Notes under the pieces: model-generated
What the model was told of the DNA's origin: nothing
What the model saw: the letters and a program-made list of their open reading frames with translations, nothing else
Databases searched by the model: none
Assembly: GCA_964388675.1 (NCBI GenBank)
Contig: CAYMBL010000019.1
Coordinates: forward strand, 2,539-66,538
Reading direction: 5' to 3'
Length of the DNA: 64,000 nt
Source of the DNA: an uncultured Planctomycetales bacterium
GTDB lineage: Bacteria; Planctomycetota; Phycisphaerae; UBA1845; Fen-1342
Made by a program: the position numbers and the translations under genes
Shown: piece by piece, positions 8,937 to 16,596 of the stretch
How the letters are laid out: the number at the start of each line of letters is the position of its first letter
How positions within the stretch are numbered: the first letter of the stretch is position 1

Positions 8937-9485
8937 GTGCACACGACGCGATTCACGACCGCCGCACTGCTCTCGACGATCGTCGCCCCCGTGCTCGCCC
9001 ACCACGGCGAGTCCGCCGCCGCACTCGCCGCCGGCGGCTTTCTCGCCGGCCTGCTGCACCCGTTCTCCGGGCTAGATCATCTCGTCATCCTGCTGCTGAT
9101 CGGTGTTTGGTCCGCCCGTCGCGCCGCCCCCGCCGCGTGGAGCGTGCCGACGCTCGCGCTGGCGGCGCTGGTGCTCGGCGCAGCGCTGCCCGAGTCGCTC
9201 GCCGTCGCGCGCGCGATTCCCGCGTATGTGCTCGTACTCGCAATCGCCGCCGTCGCGTGTATCCGCCGCATGCCGATTTCGCTGGGCGTCGCGGTGATCT
9301 TCGCCGCGTCTGCGCTCCACGCGAACGCCCACGTCGACGCCCTCGCGGGCGCGGGCCCCGCGTTTCTGTCGGGTCTCGCCGCCGGCGCGGCTGCCGTGCT
9401 CTCGCTCGGAATGGCCGCGACGCTCGCGTTCACGCGCACGGCCCGCGTCGCATCCGCTCGCGCGCCGCGCGGAACAGGCCGATGA
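8937..9485 (+). CDS. HupE/UreJ family Ni/Co transporter accessory membrane protein
   Basis: GAAGGAG lies 6 nt upstream of the GTG at 8937. Signal peptide is followed by AHHGESAAALAAGGFLAGLLHPFSGLDHLVILLLIG, the HupE/UreJ signature. Six hydrophobic segments. Confidence 0.75.
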   Translation: MHTTRFTTAALLSTIVAPVLAHHGESAAALAAGGFLAGLLHPFSGLDHLVILLLIGVWSARRAAPAAWSVPTLALAALVLGAALPESLAVARAIPAYVLVLAIAAVACIRRMPISLGVAVIFAASALHANAHVDALAGAGPAFLSGLAAGAAAVLSLGMAATLAFTRTARVASARAPRGTGR

Positions 9486-9892
9486 GCGGCTCCATCTTCA
9501 CGCGCATCATCGAGGGCGCGATCCCCTGCCATCGCGTTTACGAAGACGCGCATGTATTGGCATTTCTCGACATCAATCCCCTCACCTCTGGACACACGCT
9601 CGTCGTGCCCAAGCGCGAAGTCGAGCGGCTCGATCAGTTGCCGCCCGACGAGGCCGCCGCGATCGGCCGCGTGCTCGGACTGGTCGCGCGGCGTGTGCTT
9701 AGCGCCGTCGGCGCCACCGACTACAACATCCTGCAGAACAACGGCAGCGCCGCGGGGCAGGAAGTGCCGCACGTGCACTTTCACATTATCCCGCGCCATG
9801 TGAACGACGGCCTCGGCTATCGCTGGAACGCGCGTCCCGCCAAGGCCGAGGATCTCGCCGCGCTCGCCGCGCAAATAGCTGGCTCGAGCTGA
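9482..9892 (+). CDS. HIT family (histidine triad) hydrolase
   Basis: Histidine triad HVHFHIIPR is present. ATGA overlap with hupE. Confidence 0.8.
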   Translation: MSGSIFTRIIEGAIPCHRVYEDAHVLAFLDINPLTSGHTLVVPKREVERLDQLPPDEAAAIGRVLGLVARRVLSAVGATDYNILQNNGSAAGQEVPHVHFHIIPRHVNDGLGYRWNARPAKAEDLAALAAQIAGSS

Positions 9893-9947
9893 GAATCCGA
9901 CAGGATTCCGGGCCGCCCGCGTCTACCCCGTCTTCGGAGGACGATTG

Positions 9948-10868
9948 ATGAACGCGTTCCGCTGTTCGCTTCTCGTGGTCATGCTGGCCGCGAGCGCCAT
10001 CGCAGATGACGCCCAGAGCCTCGTGGCTCGCGGCTCCGCGGCGTATGACGCCAAGGACTATGCAGCCGCCGCGACGCACTATCTCGCCGCGATCGAGAAG
10101 GGCGCAGCCGGCGCGACGACGCCGTACAACCTCGCGTGCTGTTATGCGCTGACCGCGCGGCCCGACGACGCGTTTCGCTACCTGCAGCTCGCGATCGAAC
10201 GCGGCTGGCGCGACGCCGACCATCTCGAAAACGACGCCGATTTCAAATCAATCCACGCCGATCCGCGCTGGAAGGACGCCGTCGCTTCGTGCCGCGCCGC
10301 GTCGGATCGCTACTTCAACGCGCTGCGCGAGCCCGAGTTGGCGCGCGAGCTGCTGCGCCGCCAGGCGGTCGATCAGAAATACCGTCGTCTGTTGGCCGAG
10401 GCCTTCGCCCGCCTCAAGCCCGGCGAGACCTCGCTCAAACACGACGATGCGCCCGAGGCCGCCGCGCTGGGCAACGTCGACGCCGAAAACACCGCGTTCA
10501 TGAAAGGCGTGATCGCCAAGCACGGCTGGCCCGGAAAGTCGCTGGTCGGCGCTGAGGCCGCGGCCGCGGCGTGGCTGCTCGTGCAGCACGCGGATCACGA
10601 TCCCGAGTTCCAGACCCAGGCCCTCGAGCACGTCAAGACGGCCTTCAAGACCGGCGACGCCACCGGCCAGCAACTTGCCTATCTCACCGATCGCGTGCTG
10701 CTGAAGCAGGGAAAAAAGCAGCTCTACGGCACGCAGTTTGTCGGCATGGGCGCCGACGCCAAACCCGCCCCGATCGAAGACGAAGCGAATGTCGATCAGC
10801 GCCGCAAGGAAGTCGGCCTGCCGCCGCTCGCAGACTACGCCCGCATGCTCCGAAGCCAGGCGCCGTAG
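9948..10868 (+). CDS. Secreted hypothetical protein with a TPR-like N-terminus
   Basis: GGAGGA lies 6 nt upstream of the ATG. Signal peptide MNAFRCSLLVVMLAASAIA. TPR-like helices include YAAAATHYLAAIEKG and AFRYLQLAIERGW. Confidence 0.55.
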   Translation: MNAFRCSLLVVMLAASAIADDAQSLVARGSAAYDAKDYAAAATHYLAAIEKGAAGATTPYNLACCYALTARPDDAFRYLQLAIERGWRDADHLENDADFKSIHADPRWKDAVASCRAASDRYFNALREPELARELLRRQAVDQKYRRLLAEAFARLKPGETSLKHDDAPEAAALGNVDAENTAFMKGVIAKHGWPGKSLVGAEAAAAAWLLVQHADHDPEFQTQALEHVKTAFKTGDATGQQLAYLTDRVLLKQGKKQLYGTQFVGMGADAKPAPIEDEANVDQRRKEVGLPPLADYARMLRSQAP

Positions 10869-10902
10869 CGCATCACAACTGAGCCTCGCCTAGCTGCATT
10901 GG

Positions 10903-11060
10903 GGGACCGGCCTCCGGCCGGTCGGCTGGATCCGGCCCGTGCCGCGCGCCATGGGTGCCATGCCGACCCAAAGGTCGGCATGCAAGCGCTGCCGCGTGCC
11001 ACTGCTCCGAAAAATCCTGTCGGGCGCCACTGCTCTGCGAGCAGTGTCTTCGCCTTCGCC
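10903..11060. repeat. Second array of the same mosaic repeat family (motifs a, b and c)
   Basis: Motif a at 10903-10924, motif b at 10954-10996, and motif c partial at 10997-11013 and fuller at 11025-11055. Confidence 0.55.
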
Positions 11061-11281
11061 GCCCGCAGGGCGCACGAACCTTGCCAGGCGTTTCAACACC
11101 TGGCTTGCGGCAGCACTCCCCCTCTTCATCCCCCGCCCGGCGAGCGGACGAACTGCACACGGACCGATCACCCTTAGTTGAGGATGCCGTTGCACACCGC
11201 ACGCCGCATTCTCTGATCCGAGCCGCGAGCGTGAGCGAGCGGTCGATCTGGCGTGTGCGCTGAATTTTCTCTTGGGTAGCG

Positions 11282-11367
11282 TGGGCCTCCTGCCCGTGCC
11301 CACATTCCCGCGTAGCGGGAACCGCTGGCGCTGGGGGACCGGCCTCTGGACCGGCCTCTGGCCGGTC
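11282..11367. repeat. Hairpin cluster with a duplicated motif-a copy
   Basis: GTGGGC-N11-GCCCAC, then TTCCCGC-gta-GCGGGAA, then CTGGGGGACCGGCCTCTGGACCGGCCTCTGGCCGGTC. Confidence 0.4.
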
Positions 11368-11479
11368 CATTTGTGAGTTCCTTACGCGCGGCCGACCCTA
11401 CTTCGCTCCAACGTCGAACAAGGCGCCGTGCCGCCAACGTACCAGCCGCATACAATTGTTCTACGAGGACGCTTCCACC

Positions 11480-11728
11480 ATGCGACCAGAGGACCTGCTC
11501 GAGTTGCTGCGCGCGACGCCGTTTGAGGCGTTTCGCATCCACATCTCCGACGGCGCTGCGTTCGACATCCGGCATCCCGACATGGCGATCGTGCAGCGAT
11601 CAAAGGTCATTGTTGCGGTGCCCGGCCGGAAGGGTCCTGACGGACCCGCCGAGCGCACAGTAAACTGCGCGCTCGTGCACATCACCCGAACCGCGTTTCT
11701 CAACGGCGCGACGAAGTCGCCGCGATAG
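11480..11728 (+). CDS. Small hypothetical protein (82 aa)
   Basis: ORF inside a reduced-GC islet, convergent with the HNH-like gene. The sequence is protein-like (MRPEDLLELLRATPFEAFRIHISDG...). No recognisable family. Confidence 0.35.
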   Translation: MRPEDLLELLRATPFEAFRIHISDGAAFDIRHPDMAIVQRSKVIVAVPGRKGPDGPAERTVNCALVHITRTAFLNGATKSPR

Positions 11729-11770
11729 TTGAGCCTGCTATAGCGCTGTGGATCGAGCGTGCGGCAAGCT

Positions 11771-12634
11771 TCAACCCAACTTTATCGCCTTGTCCAGTTC
11801 GCGAAAACGCAGCGACGCCGCTGTAGGATTCTGGCTCAGCGCCGCAGCAACCGTCGCGCGCTGATTGGGCGACATTGCTGTGTTTCGTTCCGCGGATTCG
11901 CAGAGGCAGGTTAGCAGTTCTCCCATGAGCCAACTGCGGACACGCTGAGGCGGCACAAAATTCCCACCTCTCGGGTCGACCTTCGTGCCAATCCAATCGT
12001 CGCCCGGCCGACCCTTCACAATCAGAAAACACACGAATCCCGCAAGATTATGGACGATGCCCGAGTAGCCGTATCGTGAATCGAGTACGGCGAAGCCGAA
12101 TACGCTGCGCCGAAGCATCACGTTTGGACCCATTTCCGCAAGACCCGCCGTCGCGAAATTGCACTGAGCAAGCGCTGCGACATGAGTGCGGATCGATCCT
12201 GCGAGAGTGTCCGCGCCGAGCAGGTAATGCCGCATGTTCTCCGCCGCCTCTACAAGATTGCCGACGTATGAGCGCGGATTCCGTACATCGGCTTCCATCC
12301 CAGGCAAATCAAGAACGAGCGTCCGCCAAGCGAGGCTCGTCACAAAATAATGGAGCCAGGGTCCGTATTCGAAGTCAGCTCTGTCATTAACGTGGAACTC
12401 TTTGAACACCTTCCCGTGGAACTGTCGCTCAGCATCGCCAAATCGCTGCTCGCAGTCGACGCAGAGCAGGGCAGCTTTGTCTCCGTCTTGCACGCGTCTA
12501 TTCGGTTGGTGCGGATTGCGGAAGTAGCCGGTAGGCGAATCACCCTTCAGGGCGCGGTAAACGAAGCTCGGAATGACGTGACTGTGAGTGATCGCCGGGT
12601 TTGAAGCGCACAGCCGACAATGGTTCGGTGACAT
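11771..12634 (-). CDS. HNH endonuclease-motif protein with an uncharacterised C-terminal domain of about 200 aa
   Basis: CRLC-x7-HSHVIP...N...LLCVDCEQ matches the C-X2-C / H-x-H-x-I-P / N / C-X2-C HNH architecture. GAGG lies 7 nt upstream of the ATG at 12634; the ORF track extends to 12706. Local GC is about 57% against about 70% in the flanks. Confidence 0.5.
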   Translation of the reverse strand: MSPNHCRLCASNPAITHSHVIPSFVYRALKGDSPTGYFRNPHQPNRRVQDGDKAALLCVDCEQRFGDAERQFHGKVFKEFHVNDRADFEYGPWLHYFVTSLAWRTLVLDLPGMEADVRNPRSYVGNLVEAAENMRHYLLGADTLAGSIRTHVAALAQCNFATAGLAEMGPNVMLRRSVFGFAVLDSRYGYSGIVHNLAGFVCFLIVKGRPGDDWIGTKVDPRGGNFVPPQRVRSWLMGELLTCLCESAERNTAMSPNQRATVAAALSQNPTAASLRFRELDKAIKLG

Positions 12635-12817
12635 CGGCGACCTCGTCCGGCCATTTGCGCGCGAACACCCGAACGCAGGCGCGTTCGGCCGCCGCGAGGA
12701 TCGCATTCTACCTCTCTATGTCCTTCGGGGCGACTGATCAAATCGGCACGTCCACCAAGAGGAAGCGCGCCGCCATCCGCGCGGCGCGCCCTACCCAACT
12801 AACAAGTCCCGCGCCGA

Positions 12818-13585
12818 CTACCCTCGGCGACGCGCCGCGAACCCACCGGCCAGCAACAGTGTCAGCCCCAGCGCACTGCCCGGCTCCGGGATTCCCGTCA
12901 CGCTCGGGTTGTCCATCCGCACCTGAAAATTCGTGAAGCCATAGAAAAATCCGGGCTCAAACGTCGTGAATCGAATCTCCTCGACATTCGCCAGCACGCT
13001 CGCAAATGTGCGATCCGCCGGCAGGATCGGCTCGAAGGTCACCGGGTCTTCGTCGCCGGTGCCGCCCCAGCCCGCGGGCAGCTCGGTCGCGCTCGGGTCG
13101 TCGATCGTGATGGAGAAGTGCGTCCAGTTGCGCGTTTCGCGCCGCGAGATCTCGCCCAAATTGAACCACACGCTCGTCCACGGATACGGGTTGCCCGGGT
13201 CGTCGTTGTAGTCGACCAGCTCGACGATCAGATTGCGCGACACCTGCGACCCGAGGAACGAGATGTCCTCGACCCTCACGTCGATTCCCAGCTCGACGCC
13301 CGCGCTGAAGCGCGAGAAGTCGCCGAGGGTGTCGGCGTTGGTCGCGTTGTGGAAGGTCATGCCAAACGTGTCGATCATCGTCCAGCGCAGATGCTCGTTG
13401 GGGTTGCCGCCGGTCGGCTCAAGAAAATCGCCGAGCACGCCGTCGTTGTCGAAGAACACGCCCCAGCCTTCGATGCCGTTCTCAAACGTGGTCACCGATG
13501 CGTCCGCCTGCGCCGCGCCCAACCCCAGGCACGCCGCCAGCGCACCGCGCGCCCACCCGCGATATCCACGAATCTTCCCGCCCAT
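12818..13585 (-). CDS. PEP-CTERM sorting-domain secreted protein
   Basis: GGAGG lies 8 nt upstream of the ATG at 13585. Signal peptide is present. C-terminus GIPEPGSALGLTLLLAGGFAARRRG. Confidence 0.7.
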   Translation of the reverse strand: MGGKIRGYRGWARGALAACLGLGAAQADASVTTFENGIEGWGVFFDNDGVLGDFLEPTGGNPNEHLRWTMIDTFGMTFHNATNADTLGDFSRFSAGVELGIDVRVEDISFLGSQVSRNLIVELVDYNDDPGNPYPWTSVWFNLGEISRRETRNWTHFSITIDDPSATELPAGWGGTGDEDPVTFEPILPADRTFASVLANVEEIRFTTFEPGFFYGFTNFQVRMDNPSVTGIPEPGSALGLTLLLAGGFAARRRG

Positions 13586-13680
13586 GTGATGAACCTCCGA
13601 ACCCCTTCGCATGCGTTCGCCACAGCCGCGCCATCCGCCGCCGCAGGACGCGAATTCCGGCAGTTTGGGAGCCCTGCCGC

Positions 13681-13715
13681 TTGTGCTCAGCACATTCTGA
13701 GCATATGCTCAGTGC
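13681..13715 (+). promoter_or_regulatory. Putative leaderless promoter with overlapping palindromic operator
   Basis: Two overlapping palindromes: TGCTCAG-N6-CTGAGCA at 13684-13703 and the perfect 16-bp palindrome CTGAGCATATGCTCAG at 13697-13712. -35-like TTGTGC at 13681-13686, a 17-bp spacer, and -10-like TATGCT at 13704-13709. The ATG at 13716 lies 7 nt downstream of the -10. Confidence 0.4.
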
Positions 13716-14978
13716 ATGTCAAGCCCGATTTCGCCAACGCGAGCCGCAACCGATGCGCTCGAGCCCAATCAGCGGCGGTCGGTCGAAGCCGCGCTGCACG
13801 CGATCCAACGGGACTTAAGGGCCCTGCTCGGCTCCGTTCCAATCGAAGCGCAGAATGCGTCCGGGCTTTCCCGGCGGCTCGAGGTCGAGCGCACAACGTG
13901 CCAGCGTGCGGTATCCGCCGCCAATCAGCCCTCCGCCGGCCTCGAACTTGCGGCACAGCTCCCCGGGGTCGAGGGGCTGCGCGCGATTGTGGGCGCAGCG
14001 CGGCGCGCCTGGCGCAGCAACGCGGATTGTGCGTCGGCGGCGGCGACTCTCGCCGCCACGATCGACCACTACGCGGACGTCGTGCAGCGCACGGCTGGCA
14101 GCCGTGCGCGGCTGCTGGCGCGCATCGAGGCGACAATGACCCCGGCGCGCGCCGCCGAAACCGACGCGCGCGTGCACGCCGAGCAGCTCTTCGAAGCCGC
14201 GGCGGCGCTAACGGGCCGGCATTCGCAGACCTGGCTCGCGGTGCACGTCTATGAACCGACGGAGCGGCGCGACAGAATCACGCAGACTCGCGCTCACGGT
14301 TTGATTCAACACTGCGCGCGGCCCGACGCGGTGCCGCTGACGTTTCATGTGTTCGCGACTGCGCCAGCCGGCGCTGCTCCGAGCGACGACGCCGATTCGC
14401 TTGGCAGATTCGAGCCGCTGCTGGCGGCGGTTGACGACCAGCCGGCGGAGTTGCTGCGCGAGTTCTCCACCTGGCCCCCGCCGTTCGTGCGCACCCGGCA
14501 GCCGAATGAGTTTCTGGTGCAGACGGTTGACGCCGCCACGCCCGACCGCGCGTGCGATTTTCTGTTCGGCCTGCGCGGCCGGATGGTGCATCCTGCGTTG
14601 GAACCGCCCTACCTCGAAGAAGTCTGGGCGCTCATCAATTTCCCGGTGCGCTGGCTGCTGCTGGATGTCTTCCTCCATCGCGAAATTGCGCGGCAATGCA
14701 TCCCCGGGCTTGACGTGCACCTCTGGCGACCCGACTTCGCGCAGACGATCGGCGAGCGCTGGCAGACGCGGTTCGCAGCATCCCCGCGGCTGGAAGTGCT
14801 CGGCGCCGCATTGCAGCAGACGGAATCGCCGGCATATGCGCGGCAGGCGGAACTGCTGGCGTTTCTGTTCGCGCAGCGCGGCCTGGATGCCAACGAGTAT
14901 GTCGGATTTCGCTGCCAGGTGCGCTATCCGATGTGGCGCACCGGCTACCGCGTCACGTTCGATTTCAGCGGCGGTTAA
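13716..14978 (+). CDS. Hypothetical protein (420 aa)
   Basis: Long ORF with codon bias like its neighbours. No family recognised. Confidence 0.5.
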   Translation: MSSPISPTRAATDALEPNQRRSVEAALHAIQRDLRALLGSVPIEAQNASGLSRRLEVERTTCQRAVSAANQPSAGLELAAQLPGVEGLRAIVGAARRAWRSNADCASAAATLAATIDHYADVVQRTAGSRARLLARIEATMTPARAAETDARVHAEQLFEAAAALTGRHSQTWLAVHVYEPTERRDRITQTRAHGLIQHCARPDAVPLTFHVFATAPAGAAPSDDADSLGRFEPLLAAVDDQPAELLREFSTWPPPFVRTRQPNEFLVQTVDAATPDRACDFLFGLRGRMVHPALEPPYLEEVWALINFPVRWLLLDVFLHREIARQCIPGLDVHLWRPDFAQTIGERWQTRFAASPRLEVLGAALQQTESPAYARQAELLAFLFAQRGLDANEYVGFRCQVRYPMWRTGYRVTFDFSGG

Positions 14979-14981
14979 GAG

Positions 14982-16442
14982 CTACGGTTCCAGATTGTCC
15001 GCCGCCCAGTCGAGCGCCGCCGGAAAGTCGAGAATATCTGTGCCGAACACAAGGTACGCGGTGCGCGCATACGGTCCGTAAGTAGCGTCGTCCGCGATGC
15101 CGATCCCCTGCCGAACCATTGCGTCGCGCAGCGCGACGTCGTCCAGCGAAGCGTCTTTGGTGCCGAGATTGCTGACGCCGCCCCAGCCGACCTTCACGCC
15201 GTAGGTGTCGCGCCAGGCGCGGAAGGTCTCGCGGGTGTCGCTTTTGTCGCCTTCGTTGAGGCCGGTGTTGACGACGCCGATACCGCTTGCAAGGCAGTGG
15301 TCGTTCATCGACTGCTCGAAGCGATCGGTGGCGTCGGGGAAGCGAATGGTGGCCAGGAGTTGCGTCTGCGGAAACGCGTCGTGCCAGAGGTCGATCATGT
15401 CATTGACGGCGTCGGCGTAGAGGCTGTCGGCGTACAGAATCAGCTTGCCGCCGCCATTGAACGTGAGCGGCATGCCGGCGGCCTCGATCTGCGTTTCGAG
15501 GTGCACCACGTCGGTGCCGTAGAAATTGGGTTCGTTGGTTCCATACTGCCAGCCGCCCATACGGATGTACGCGAGTCGCGGATCGCCGTCGTATCGGGCG
15601 CCGAACGCCGCCAGAAAATCGCCGAGGTGGCGCTGGTAGTCCGCATCCCAATAGAGCGGCAGCTTGGGGATGTACCCGTCGGCGGAAGTGAAATCGCCGA
15701 TGAAATCGACCGCGGCGTCATCGAACAGCCAGCTCGGGGTGACGGCTACCGTGCCGCCATCGTCCTCCGTGCCGCCGACCGCGCCGAACTTGAATGCGAC
15801 GCGTTTGCCGACGGCGTCGTAGTAAACGAGCAGGTCGTCAACGACGGTCCAGTCGTAGACACCTTTCGCGGTTTCGATTTCCGCCCAGTTGAGGCTGCGC
15901 TGCACGCCCGCGATGCGTGCGTCCGACGCGATGTCGTCGCGCACGTCGCGCGTGTTTCCGTTTGCGGTGATGTTCAGGAAGATGCCGCCGAGGGGGACGA
16001 ACGCGTCGGGCGTGGCGCCGTCGTCGGGGTCGTTAGCGCCGCCGTCCGAGCCGCCGTTCGAGCTGGTGGAATCACCGCCGCCATCGCCGCCGCCGCTGTC
16101 TGCGTCGCCGCCCGCGCCGTTCGAGTCGCCGGTATCGTTGGTCGCGCCGCCGTCGCCGCTTCCTGCGCCGGCACTGCCATCGTCATTGCTCGCGTCCGAC
16201 CCGTCCGTGCTCGAACCCGCTTCGTCGTCGGACTCGATGACCTCACCGAGCACCGCAGTGCCGGGGCTGGCGGAGTCGGGTCCGGCGGAAAAAAATCCGT
16301 CCGAAGCGAGATCTGCTGCGCTGCCGCCGCACGCGGTCACGAAACACAGCCCGGCACAGGCGCCGAGCGCGAGCACGCCGCGAGAAAAAATGCGAATCAC
16401 TGGCAAGACTCCCCACCGGACGGCACGTCCCGACTGAAGCAT
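14982..16442 (-). CDS. Lipoprotein with an acidic S/G/D-rich linker and a glycoside-hydrolase-like (GH42/clan GH-A-like) domain
   Basis: Lipobox LCFVTAC. Low-complexity D/G/S linker of about 90 aa. Barrel-like motif SLNWAEIETAKGVYDWTVVDDLLVYYDAVGKRV. The first ATG is at 16442; the ORF track begins with TTG at 16466. Confidence 0.55.
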   Translation of the reverse strand: MLQSGRAVRWGVLPVIRIFSRGVLALGACAGLCFVTACGGSAADLASDGFFSAGPDSASPGTAVLGEVIESDDEAGSSTDGSDASNDDGSAGAGSGDGGATNDTGDSNGAGGDADSGGGDGGGDSTSSNGGSDGGANDPDDGATPDAFVPLGGIFLNITANGNTRDVRDDIASDARIAGVQRSLNWAEIETAKGVYDWTVVDDLLVYYDAVGKRVAFKFGAVGGTEDDGGTVAVTPSWLFDDAAVDFIGDFTSADGYIPKLPLYWDADYQRHLGDFLAAFGARYDGDPRLAYIRMGGWQYGTNEPNFYGTDVVHLETQIEAAGMPLTFNGGGKLILYADSLYADAVNDMIDLWHDAFPQTQLLATIRFPDATDRFEQSMNDHCLASGIGVVNTGLNEGDKSDTRETFRAWRDTYGVKVGWGGVSNLGTKDASLDDVALRDAMVRQGIGIADDATYGPYARTAYLVFGTDILDFPAALDWAADNLEP

Positions 16443-16596
16443 CCAATTGCGGGAAAAAGCGGGCAACTCGAACGAATTTCATGCAAGGCGGATAGGGTTA
16501 TCGGCGGCCTCGAGCGCGGAAGTTGCGCGTATCGCAGGCTTGGGTAGACGGGGCGCCTCCTGGCCTTCGTCGTTTCAAGCTCCCGGAGGTGCGTTC

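Noticed and set aside
8312-9892. Long plus-strand ORFs (526 and 367 aa) running through the repeat array into hupE and HIT
   Set aside because: Their N-terminal portions translate the palindromic repeat motifs into low-complexity Arg/Cys/Pro sequence. The real genes start at 8937 (RBS plus GTG, then a signal peptide) and at 9482.
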